32,187 nt of DNA from Ancylonema sp. (taxonomy: Eukaryota), in assembly GCA_050230475.1 (NCBI GenBank), contig JBFLGF010000032.1, forward strand, positions 62,001 to 94,187. The letters run 5' to 3'. Under the pieces are notes generated by a model. The model worked only from the letters and a program-made list of their open reading frames with translations, had not been told where the DNA came from and ran no database searches. Made by a program: the position numbers and the translations under genes. Positions 1 through 11,516 of this stretch are shown in pieces (position 1 is the first letter of the stretch; each line of letters begins with the position of its first letter).

Positions 1-461
1 GTTTATACCTGTCCCGACATCATTACATTAAAGAGGTTTTATTGTAGCAAGTGGACATTAGAAAACAACAACAAACGCCATATAGATGACCTACCTTCTT
101 CAATTAAAACCTCTAATCTGGTTGCTCAAAATAACCTAAAATTCACTTTCTTTCGATGTAGTGACATTGGCTCACTGTCGCCCTATCAAATGTCACTATA
201 CAGTATAACCTGTCTAAAGGAATACTCTCTAAAGGAATAACCTCTCTAAAGGAATACCGAATTCCGGTCCCAAAACCGGAATCGCTAGGAACCGTACCTG
301 TATAAGTGCATAATCTCTCTAAAGGAATATATTTTCTCCCCCCCGAGAGTATTCCTTTAGACAAGTTATGTTGTATAGTGTATAGTGACACCCCTGGCAT
401 TCGATATAGTGACATTATTTTCCACTGTCTATAAAATCGTCACTATATCAAGGGTTTACTG
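1..461. mobile_element. Right part of a Tc1/mariner-pogo-like MITE (left end outside the window)
   Basis: Ends GTCACTATATCAAGGGTTTACTG followed by TA (462-463). It has internal TATAGTGACA/TGTCACTATA repeats, and 141-200 is homologous to 797-855. Confidence 0.6.
201..373. mobile_element. 173-bp TA-flanked MITE nested in the preceding MITE
   Basis: 29-bp TIR CAGTATAACCTGTCTAAAGGAATACTCTC with 3 mismatches at the right end. TA at 199-200 and 374-375. Internal CTCTCTAAAGGAATA repeats. Confidence 0.75.
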
Positions 462-1545
462 TATATAAAAACCTACTCTATGTAGTGACAATCGCTACAG
501 TGACACACGTTATAGTGACCAAAAATTCCCAGATTTTTGTATTGCGATGTCGCTATAGAGTGAAACCTCGCTAAATTTATATTGTGAAAGTTAAAAACCT
601 GTCTATTTTAATGCATAATATTCCGCCCGAATTGTTTTTAGCCAAAATGTGACGCGTAAATTAATAACCAGTCTAATTACATTTTTTTTTATAATGGTTC
701 CAACATCAGTCATGTAGACAGGTTTTATTATAGCGAGAGGATGTTAAAACAAAAGCCGTTTAGATGAGCCAGCTCCGTTAAAAATATCGACCTGAATTTC
801 ACTTTCTCTCTATATAGTGACATTTCTATTGTCGCCCTATCAAATGTCATTATACAGTGTATAGTGACAGCGATATACAGTGCTCCCTCGATATAACGAC
901 AATTTTTTTTCCATTAAAGTGTCGTTATATCGAGGTGTCGTTATACACTGTATAACGACATTTGCTACAATAATCTGAAATCTATGTCGTTGTATCGAGG
1001 GACTTTGCGAATGAAGCAAAGTGAATAAGCAGATGTGTTTACTGTGTGTTTCCTAGAGTAAGTTGCCTTGGTATGATTATTAAATTCAGCGTGTGTATTG
1101 ATATACGAGCTATACAAGTGCGTCATGATACCAATACATGCGGATGGACAAAATATACCACAAAATTTTACGAGGAGAGTTGGGGAGGTATTAAGGTCGT
1201 TACAAAGCAACACCGGACACGCACATTCTATTGGACCTATATAGAATTCTATATAGAATTTGAGGCCGTTCTATATTTTCTCGATTTCCATACATCGTTA
1301 TCTGCGAGCAATAGCATTATATACACAGTATAACGACATTAACGACATTCAGTATTCTGAAATAATTTGTCATTATATAGAGTGTCGTTATGCTTATATC
1401 GAGGGCGATTTCATATTGATTTTAAAAAAGTTCCCAAAAAACTATCGTTATATCGAGGTTGTCGTTATATCGAGGGTCGTTATATCGAGGGAGCACTGTA
1501 GTAACCCCATGTCTATAATATTGTCACTATATCGAGACAGCACTG
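462..1545. mobile_element. Remainder of a host MITE (same family as 32093-32187), interrupted by insertions
   Basis: Right end TGTCACTATATCGAGACAGCACTG+TA is the near reverse complement of CAGTGCAGTCTTGATATAGTGACA at 32093. TATATAAAAACCTAC at 462-476 also occurs at the end of the window. Confidence 0.6.
878..1498. mobile_element. 621-bp pogo/Tigger-like MITE
   Basis: Perfect 23-bp TIR CAGTGCTCCCTCGATATAACGAC. TA duplication at 876-877 and 1499-1500. Subterminal GTCGTTATATCGAG repeats. Confidence 0.9.
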
Positions 1546-2388
1546 TACGAAGTGGCGCCAAGTACGGCGTGCGTTGTTATTGGACGCTACGTGACAGGTA
1601 GCGCCCCTTGACCTACAAAATGTCCTACCTGCTGTCACTCAGTCGCCATACAACTAGGGTTGTGAATTTTACATTTACGTTTTTTTTTACATTACGTAAT
1701 ACGTCAATTACCGTTTTTTACGGTAATCTTACCGTAATCTTACAAATAACATCGATTTGCTCAATTACGTAATACATGGTCAGAATAGTGATTACACGTA
1801 AAATGAAAGGATTTTAATAAGAATTGAAAAAAAAAAAAAAAAAAAAAAAGGGGGGTGGTTTTTTTTTCTTTTCATGTGGTTGTAGATTGTGTATTTTTTA
1901 ATCAATATTTCATTAAAACTATGTTGTTTTCATATTATTTTTCCCACATGGACGGAGTTCTCGATGTTATAACCTTGATGTGTACCAAAATAGCATACCT
2001 TATCTTCCCGTCGAAATTAGTACACCATATTTTTCTTTTCCACCCATGTTTTAGTGCATCATCTCCCCTCAAGTCCAATATTCCATTTCTTCCTCAACCT
2101 ACTTATAGTGCTAGTTGTGGCCTTTTCTTCCTTCGCAAAATGCAATGCGAACTTTGCATTCAGTAACAACATGTAATAACCTATTATCAACTTGCATTGC
2201 TATCGTGTTTGTAGCTTTTTATGTAACTTATAAAATGTATTTTTGCTTCATAATGATATACATACACACATATACACACAAGATAACCACATATTCCAAA
2301 TAATTCATGACACTGATTTTCGTCATTTTAAGTTGTTTCCCAACAAACAAGATTTCATCAGCATATACAAAATAGTGTTCGTCTGTCG

Positions 2389-2777
<389 letters not shown>

Positions 2778-3293
2778 CCGGAAAATACATTATTTTGTTT
2801 CCTTTGCCATCACAAAAATATATACTAAAAATAGAGACACAACCGGTGGGTGTCAAGTCTTTACCACCACCCACCCTTTCTTTATGAGAGAACCCAACTT
2901 TTTCTAACCCGGTAATGTCCAAACGACTTCCATAAATATATTTTATTGTCGTCGAACTTATATCTTCTGTTTTTTTCCGACCCAGACACTGTATCTATAA
3001 GTAAAGAACAACATGTGTATGTTGTAAATGTGTATATTCTGAGTATGCTTCCTCTACCACTCTACAATTAACAGCACACTTCATACGCGGCACGCGTGCC
3101 GTACACTCCAATGACCCATCTATGCTTTTATATAACAATATATTGTAGCAGCAATTACATATATTTTTGGTTTCGAACACATCGATTAGTGTATTCAACC
3201 ACCATTTGAAACTTCCCTTGGGGTCGTTTTGGGCTCTCTTCTTCATACGTGAAAATCGTCCCCGTGCGGGAAAATCTAGAAAAAAAACAAAAT

Positions 3294-4981
3294 CGACAAT
3301 TTCTTTTTGGTCGACCATTCACCCTTATTAGTGACCACGCACCCTTGAAGTGGATCATGACAACCACTAAGCTGACAGGCAAGCTGGCACGCTGTGCGTT
3401 ATTGTTGCAAGAGTATGAGTTTGACGTGGTACACCGGGCACGCATCCTTAACACCAACGCAGACGGTTGTAATAGGTGCCCCTTACCAGAAGAAACAACT
3501 CTTGACCACGGAATCGATACCTTGGGAGAGACGACACCCTGCTATCTCTTCCAACCACCACCGATCTCGGCCATCTCACCCAGTTACTTCATCAGCTATC
3601 ACCAGGACTCCACACCCGAGGCGGAACCGATACTTAACATTTGGGATGAAAAACCCGTCATGCATCTGCTCAAAACCCACGAGTATGCTCCTAACCTGAG
3701 TGCCATCGAACGTGACACAGTCTACCGACGAGAATTTAAGTATAAATGGTTAGGTAATCTGTACAAGAAACCCTCTTTTGGCAAATTGTTGCTTGTTCCT
3801 TCACCACCAGAGCGCATGCCACTCATCGAAACCCTTCACAACCGTTATGGAAACTTCGGTGTCAAACGGATTCTTCACGCTTTGCAGCAAGATTATTGGT
3901 GGCATCGCATGGGTGATATGGTTATCCAGCTTATCCGTAATTGCATCGCTTGCTCTCGTTCGAAAACCCACTTCCGTCAGGGACGCACACAACTTCAACC
4001 CTTGCCCATTCGTGGATTGTTTTACCGCTGGGGCATTGATTTTTGTGGTCCTTTTCCACCAACCGCCAAAGGCAACAAGTACATTCTTGTAGCAGTTGAC
4101 CATTTCAGCAAGTGGGCTGAATTCATGGCGGTAGATAAGAGCGCCAAAACCACCTCTGGTGCAGTTTTTGAACCACATCCTAGCCCGCTTTGGAGCACCT
4201 GGGAAGTCATCACTGGCCAAGGATCGGAGTTTGAAGGTGCTTTCCACACCCTTCTCAACCAACATCATATCACCCACCGCACTGCTGGCAGAGACCACCC
4301 ACACTCGGATGGGCTGGCTGAACGCCTAGTACAAACCCTCACGTCCGCCTTGCGAAAAACCCTTTTTAGCGGGCTTCGACAGGGTACACCCCTTACCACC
4401 TGACCTATGGTCGTCACCCTTTGTTTCAAGCCAACAACCAGGACGCCGAACATGACTTTTTACCACTGGACAAAAACCTCCCCAAGTTCCTGGAGGAACG
4501 AGGTAAAGAAGTTATGCCGTTAGCTATGCGGAACTTTGCCATCGCTCAACAACGCGACCGACACCACTGCTTCAAGGTACATGACCGTTATGACAGGCCC
4601 AAGGCAACTTACCACCCCGGAGAGTTCGTCTACGTCAAACGGCAAACCAAAGGTACTTTGGACATCGCAACCCACCCGCAAATCCTGCAGATCACCAAAA
4701 TCCGACCATCAGGGAACGTGCAACTCCACGGTCGCGATGGTCGCCGCATGTGGGAACAGATGACAAATATATCTCCATGCGGTCTCACCTTGAAGGATAA
4801 GAACATCAATGTCACCCGGTTCAATAGATCTGACCCAACCTTTTGCAGAAAATGTGGGGACCGTAAGGACGGGAAAAATATGATCCTCTGTGATAATTGC
4901 AACCATGGATACCACATTTATTGCTTGTCACCACCTCTGACTAGCATTCCCAAAAGGGAGTGGTTTTGTCCGGAACATTAA
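3294..4981 (+). pseudogene. Ty3/Gypsy pol fragment 1: end of RNase H, integrase, C-terminal PHD finger (degenerate, 5' truncated)
   Basis: RNase H end FGRPFTLISDHAPLKW...NADG. Integrase Zn finger LHNRYGNFG...CIAC (second His changed to Asn), WGIDFCGP, ITGQGSEF (second catalytic Asp changed to Gly), DGLAER. Compensating frameshifts at ~4160-4205 and a deletion/frameshift at ~4365. PHD: CRKC-x11-CDNCNHGYHIYCLSPPLTSIPKREWFCPEH. Confidence 0.92.
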
Positions 4982-5140
4982 CCATTTAATATTATACGAT
5001 TGGGGGAGGGGGCACCAATCACCCGATCCTGCACCCTTGTGTTCGTCTTTCGTTTACCCTTGCTTATGTACATTATATTTCACCTGGCTCCACATCATCT
5101 GTCCGTGTGTCCCAGCCTCCGACGCAGAGCTTTCATAGCT

Positions 5141-6560
5141 AGGGGGGGGGAGTGAGATCCAGATGATGACCAAAGGCCCAATCTTGATGCTGCTCATCCA
5201 GACAAGCAGCCAAGTCATCAACCGACATCCGTCATTTTCATCGACGCAAAAAAACTATAAAAAGTCAAATTTTGCATATTTTTTCCAAAATCTGTCGATT
5301 CCTTTGTTTTTGAGAGATTTCGTCGACGGACTGTCTGCCGACTCTATCTGGCTTCTCAGCTGTCATGCGGCTAGAGATCGTTAGAAAGTAGAGTCTTTTT
5401 AATTGTTGATCCGCTTGAAAAATAGCAATTTTTGTAAATTGTCGATTTTTAGTCGTTATATCGAATTCTGTCGTTATATGAGTTTCGATCAGTCAGACGT
5501 TTGATTTGATAATTTTTTTACACTCAGTTAATCTAGAAAATTCGGTGTACCGCTTTTTAGATTTTAAGTCGGAGTATTTTGCCGTATCGACGAGTTAGTA
5601 GAGTCCCACTGCGCGCCGAGCTTTATCTCAGTCACCCAGCCAAGCGTTTAATTCGCCGCACGTGTTAAATCTAGAACTCTATAATAGACTGTCACGATTA
5701 GCTATCTAGTCGATATTCGTTTTCTACCTTAGATCAAGATAAGATCTAGATCACCGCGCGTGTGAAACGGCGCGTCGATTGTACTAAAGCCTAAGTCGCT
5801 TTCTGAACTGCCAGCTTCCGCTGTCAGTTTACGCTGTCTGAATTTCAACAACTCTTTGCAATCGCCATCTTTACAATCTCTGTGAATTCGTGTAATCTGC
5901 AATCGTCAACAATCGTTATCAAGTGTGCCGTTTCGCCTTTGATATTCGCTATGAATTTTTGCAAACTTCGCGTCGCTCCATCCAGCCGTGTAAGTTCTGC
6001 GTGAAAAATTGCCTGTTTGCTTGTGTGCGTGCTGTCGCGCATCTCAAGTATTACAAAAAGCCGTGTGCCGTTTCTCATACGCATCGTGTGAAATTCTGCC
6101 GTTGTCATAATTATCGTTACCCTTGCAAAATCGTAACCCTTGCAAGTCGTTGATTGTCAGCCGTTTTGCTGACGTCAGAAATCGTTACAATTAGCTGCAC
6201 CGTTTTGTGCGAGCTCAGTCAGACAATTCACCCTTTGAGCACCTTGCACCCGTTACAGATCTAGTGAATCGTTTTATTCACGACAACGTTTGATTCCCGA
6301 AACCAATAGTGATTGCGCATCCCGTCGCAACCAACTATCATTCATTATGCACCCTTGTAGAAATTCTATAGTTATTTGCCTTGCGTTCTCTTTATTCGTA
6401 GCTGTCACTTGTTGTGAAGTACGATAACCTGCAACGCCTGATTAACCTTAGTGTTGTTTCTAGACCTCCCACCACTAAGCGTTGAGTGCATCTCAGCTTT
6501 CGGCGAGTAGTAGCTACGGCAAACTTCGTTGATAAGTCACATACCGTGCTTGAATTACAT
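5141..6560 (+). mobile_element. Polypurine tract followed by a probable ~1.4-kb LTR/leader starting TG at 5153 (3' boundary approximate)
   Basis: AGGGGGGGGGAG|TG lies ~160 bp after the pol stop. The region is non-coding and shares blocks with 12820-14135 (CTGCCAGCTTCCGCT, CCACTAAGCGT, GTGCTTGAATT). Confidence 0.6.
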
Positions 6561-6744
6561 TCTTGTGTGGTCAGTAGGGATTCAACCTACACCAAATCTA
6601 CTCTAAACTGACCAGCGGAAGAGCTTCTTTACATCGAGGTCTTAAGAAAAGTTTACATAACATTTTTTTTTTTTCTCAATTGATTGTTTCTTATACACCA
6701 TTGTATCGACAATAAACCATAGTAGCACTATTCAGAAGTCAACG

Positions 6745-7524
6745 ATGGGAACCTACGACCATCATTTCTGGACAACCAAGGCTATTGACTCAGAGTATGC
6801 TCTGAGTGACATACAATAAGAGACATATCTTTTGCAGCTTGCTACCAACATCTCCGTCGACTACAAGATCTACAGATTTGGGCAGCTACAACTTATGCAT
6901 AAGAAAACCGAGGACGAGTTCCGACAACTCCCTCTTGACCTCAAGCGACGCCGAGACGAACATCTGGCGGTCATTCGAGTCCATCGACAACGCGAGTGGA
7001 ACAAGATTCAGCTGGTACATCTCACCACAAACTTGGCGAAAGGTGAGGTGACCTGGAAAAATCGAATGTTTCACCGATTCCAGCGAAAACTTACACCAGC
7101 ACCTCCTGTAGCACAACCAATCCCGGCGTACACCAATATGTCGGTAACTAGTACTCCTCAATACCTGCAGATGACCAAGGAATAACACCAAAGATATGTG
7201 CAGGAAGCAACATATGCCAGAGGTGTAGGTTTCTTCAATTCGCTCATGAGTAAGGAAAAGGTGAAACCACAAGAAGAGGTATCGACAGCCCTCACCAAAA
7301 AGTGTGTCACATTCTCACTTGTCGTTGCAAGTCAAGCACCAGGTCTTGTCATCCTTTCACCACCCAAGGTAGAAGAGAAGTGCGCCGTATGTTTTCAACC
7401 AGGTCATATTTGGCAGGATTGTCCCCGTGATCACCTAACCAAAGAAGAGCAAGCGGGCATCCCAGTGGTCTTGCAGAGCAGGGTACCAGCAATTCACTCC
7501 ACAAAACACCAAGCCGGTCATTAA
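6745..7524 (+). pseudogene. gag-like ORF with CCHC zinc knuckle
   Basis: One frame from ATG 6745 with in-frame TAA at 6817 and 7183. CAVCFQPGHIWQDC fits CX2CX4HX4C. It lies directly upstream of the protease. Confidence 0.75.
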
Positions 7525-7555
7525 ACCAGATGCACGCATCACCACCAACTGGACG

Positions 7556-8553
7556 GTGCCTGTCATTGAAAAGAACAAAAAGTTTTTTTCCATAGAAGGA
7601 GTCGAACCCACAGGAGACATAGTTTTGGACACCGGGTCAGGAGATTGCATGATCGGGTTAACCATGGCGAAACAACTCGGCATCACCAAGGCAGACTTAG
7701 ACCCTCGTGAAGAGTACCTCACCTCGTCAGGACAAAACAACACATCTTTGGGAGTCACCAAGAGGGATTACGAGATCACCATTGGACAGGGAAAGTTTAA
7801 AACCACAGTTCCAGTCCGTCTCACTTTGTCACCCTCTGACAAGTACTCGATCCTCTTGGGCAATTCGTTTATTGTCCCCATCGGAGGAATCGTCGATAGT
7901 TGGGGACACCGTTTCCACCACCGAGTGGATTGGGAAGTAAAAGGGGACAGGATGGTATCTGTCACTATCATCACCTATGGGCTCAATGCTACTCATAAGT
8001 TTTACTTGGAAACTTATGGAGTAGTCTACATGAACCAGGGACTTTCACACGACATCACCTACACCACAATGGACACCTTTCTGAAGAACGATGACGAAAC
8101 CTTGTTCGCCACGAACGAGGATGAAGACATTCTTGCAGAATTTGAGTTTTTGGTGGCACAAGAGGGATATGAGCACAGTATTGCCTCAGCGACACCATCA
8201 CGTGATCCAACCACTTTGCCTGTTTATAACCTAGAGACTCAAGAATGGGAACTTGACACCATTCATTATTTGGCAACCCGCAAACACTCCGAGATCCTTG
8301 ATGCACACAAGCTCAAGCTTTTTACCGCAACCAAAAGTCTAGCACAAGTCAACGAGGCAAATGCAACCATTAGAGTCCACAAGCTTAGGTTGGATAGCAG
8401 CATCATGATCCAACATGACATCGACGTTGTGTGCCGACACCCCGTTCCACCCTTGCATTCTAAATGGCAGGGATTACCAATTCGAGACGCGGTTCCGATC
8501 ACCCCTCGGTACGACGTTCGTTTTAACCCTGGCGCATTGCAACGTGGACTTAA
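7556..8553 (+). pseudogene. Retrotransposon aspartic protease plus linker leading into the DNMT domain
   Basis: IVLDTGSGDCMIG active-site motif and downstream ILLGNSF. The frame stays open up to the MITE at 8554. Confidence 0.85.
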
Positions 8554-9127
8554 GAGCATCTCTTATGGTCGCCCGATTCGACTGGCTTGATTTGCGAAAC
8601 GTGACGTCAAAAATTGTACTTCGTGACGCAAATCAAGCTGCCTGATTTCAAGTTGTGTACGGCCGGGAAATTCTGGAAATCGAATTGGGAGGAGGCTGCC
8701 TTACGGGCAGCGCGATTTTGATTTGAATTTGGTGCCACGGTGGCAGTCACGAAACGTTGCCTGACGGATTTTGGCAGATTCGGCGACCTTTCGAACAACG
8801 AACGGTCGGACCAGCGAAACGATTCGCCGGGTCCTCAAGGTTGTTGCCACGCTGGCGATACGAACATCGCTGGCAGCCTCCGATTGGCTCGTCAAATCAA
8901 ACCGGGACATGAGCGAATGTGATTCAAAGTCCCGATTCAGGCCTTGAATCGGGACTTTGAATTACATTTGCTCATGTCCCGATTGTGATTCGGCACGTGT
9001 AAAATCACATCGGTCCGAATTGGGATCCCGTAAGGATTGCTTTCCCGATTCCCAAGTCTGATTCGGACTTGCGCCGTGTTCTGCCGCGAATCACGCCAGT
9101 CGAATCGGGCGACCATAAGAGATGCTC
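8554..9127. mobile_element. 574-bp PIF/Harbinger (Tourist-like) MITE inserted in the retrotransposon polyprotein
   Basis: 39-bp TIR GAGCATCTCTTATGGTCGCCCGATTCGACTGGC(T/G)TGATT with one mismatch. TAA TSD at 8551-8553 and 9128-9130. Confidence 0.93.
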
Positions 9128-9128
9128 T

Positions 9129-9810
9129 AACGTGTGGGATCTTTTTAAAGGAACCAGTTGTGCAAGCCTGACAATCGTCGTAAACGCCAACTACAAGTGC
9201 GGTGCCTACATCAACAACGACATCAACGTCGACGCACGATCCGTGACACGAGCCTTGTTGCCCAAGATCCAAGCACGTCATCCAGGACAACACCCTTCCA
9301 CAACAATTCGAGGATTTGACACTAGATTTTTTCACAATATTTCGCAAATTTCAAATGCTCATCTTGATAGGTTCATCGCAGACAAATGACCTATCGATTT
9401 TATTTTTGCAGGATGGGAGTGCCAAATGGTTAGCAAGGCGGGTAACCAACAGGGGTACAAAGACGAACGGTTCCCATACCCCATACTTCTTCGACCTCAT
9501 CCGCTGCATTAACCACTTGATCAAAGTCCAGCCTTACCCACCCATCTTCGTCTTGGAGAACATTTACCCTTTCGGTGAGTTTCCGAAGGAGATCCAAGAC
9601 ACCACAGTCCTCATCAAGTCATTTCTCGGATACCCCGCAGTTGTCGATGCATGCAGTATCGGCAGTAATGCTCACCGAGTACGATGTCTCTGGACGAACT
9701 TCATACCACCTCATATTCTGGAGTTGGCGATTCCGGCCACTCCACCGTTGAAACCCTTGACTAAGATCCTTGATCTGCACCACAAACCAATAGTCGTCAC
9801 TACAAAGGTC
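9129..9810 (+). pseudogene. C5-cytosine DNA methyltransferase domain (motifs I-VIII) inside the Gypsy polyprotein
   Basis: Motif I LNVWDLFKG. Motif IV region PIDFIFAGWECQMVSKAG (Cys codon 9420-9422). Motif VI FVLENI (Glu 9556-9558). Motif VIII VDACSIGSNAHRVRCLWTN. Lesions: TGA at 9387-9389 and a 7-bp duplication at 9473-9486. Motifs IX-X not seen. Confidence 0.85.
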
Positions 9811-11391
9811 CATGCAGCGTTGTCGTTTTCGGCAGCTTCTCTCACCCCTGCAGAATCACCTGCACCCTCTAGCTTCTCTACTGCTGCCCCTGCAACCAAC
9901 TTAACAGCTGGATCCACCTCTGCCTTCGCCACTATACTAGATCCGCTCGCAACAGTCGACATCTGGTCAATTCATCTTGTCCTAAACTTCCTTAAACACC
10001 ATCGTTACGCTCCGGATTCTACAGCGGCAGCTCGCGACAGAGTGTATCGGAGGGCATTAGGGTATCGTTGGCTGGGTGGGAATGTATATAAAATCTTTCC
10101 TGGTGGTATTATGATGTTGGTTCCCTCTCTCTCTGCGCGTTTAGACTTGATCTTGCGTACGCATCGAGACATGGGGCATTTTGGTATCAATCGGGTAACT
10201 AAATTGTTGCAGAAGAACTACTGGTGGATTAAGATAGAAGCAGACGTGAAGGGAGTCATTGGGAGTTGTTCCTCTTGTGTGCGCTCCAAAGCCACTTTTA
10301 GAGACCCTCGCACCGAGTTGCAACCCCTCCCTATTCGAGGACTTGGGTACAGGTGGGGAGTTGATTTTGCTGGTCCATTTCTTGTGACTAAACGTGGTAA
10401 TAAGTATGTGCTAGTTTTCATTGAGCATTTTACCAAATGGGTAGAACTTGTGCCATTGCCAGATAAATCTGCTGCTGGCACTGCATGGGCTTTGCTTGAG
10501 TTTGTTTTGAGTCGTATGGGAGCCCCTGCTGAAGTTGTAACAGATCAGGGTTCCGAGTTCAAAGGTGAGTTTCAGACCCCTCTATCCCACTGTGGGATAG
10601 ATCATCGCCTTGCCTCCCGTGAGCACCCTCAAGCAGATGGCCTTTCGGAACGCATGGTTCAGACCATGAAGCAAGGTCTGCGGAAGACTCACCTGGAGTG
10701 TGCCACTAACCGAGATCTGGTGTTGCCATACGTGGCAATGGGCTACCGGATGACGCAGCAGAAGGCTCTAGGGTATTCCCCCTTCTACATCCTCTATGGG
10801 CGACATTCCATCTTCCCTGCCAAGATTCAGGAGGTGGAGCATGAGCCGCTACCGGACCTGGATGACCCTGAGGCGGTCAGACTTTTCATTGATGCAAGGA
10901 GCCAAGTGTTCCGCCAGGTTCTTCCCCTCGCTATGAGGAACCTAGCCATTGCACTGCACCGTGTTAAGACGCATTTTCGTCTCGTGAACACTCCTCCCTG
11001 GGATAGGGAGAGGGAGGCTGTGGGGGCCGGGGATTTTGTGCTAGTTAAAAGGCTAACATTGGCCTCCCTGGACGTCCCCACACGTCCTCACATTATACAA
11101 GTCGTGCGACTGAAGGAGAGTGGAGTCGCGGTGCTTCAAGAGCAGGATGGAGCTCAGATAGAGGAGCAGCAGAAAAATGTGGCACCCTGTAGTTTGCCTA
11201 TTCTGGATAATAAGATATACCTAGAAAGATATTTCAGTGGAGATAAGACCAGTTGTCGGGAGTGTGGCAGCAAGAAGAATGAGGAAGCGATGGTACTTTG
11301 TGACAGGTGTCAGCATGCATTTCATACTTGGTGTTTGACACCCCCTCTACGATATATTCCACTATGAGCATGGATCTGTCCTTACCATTAA
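9811..11391 (+). pseudogene. Ty3/Gypsy integrase 2 with C-terminal PHD finger
   Basis: THRDMGHFG...CSSC zinc finger, WGVDFAGP, VVTDQGSEF and DGLSER (catalytic triad intact, 34 residues between D and E), GYSPFYILYGR. PHD: CREC...CDRCQHAFHTWCLTPPLRYIPL*AWICPYH* with premature TGA at 11365 and the likely natural stop at 11389-11391. Confidence 0.92.
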
Positions 11392-11516
11392 GGCCTTGCT
11401 CACTAGGGTGGTGTGTGTGTTTTGGGGGGGGAGTAGTGTGTTTGGAGTTGAGAGGCCTGGCGTGGAGGCATGTATTTTTGGACCTAAGCTTGTGTGCATT
11501 TCATTTTCACATGCTT

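Noticed and set aside
9316..11367. Treating the 683-aa ORF as an intact functional gene
   Set aside because: Its start is an out-of-frame artefact, it lacks DNMT motifs I, IV and X, and it stops inside the PHD finger.
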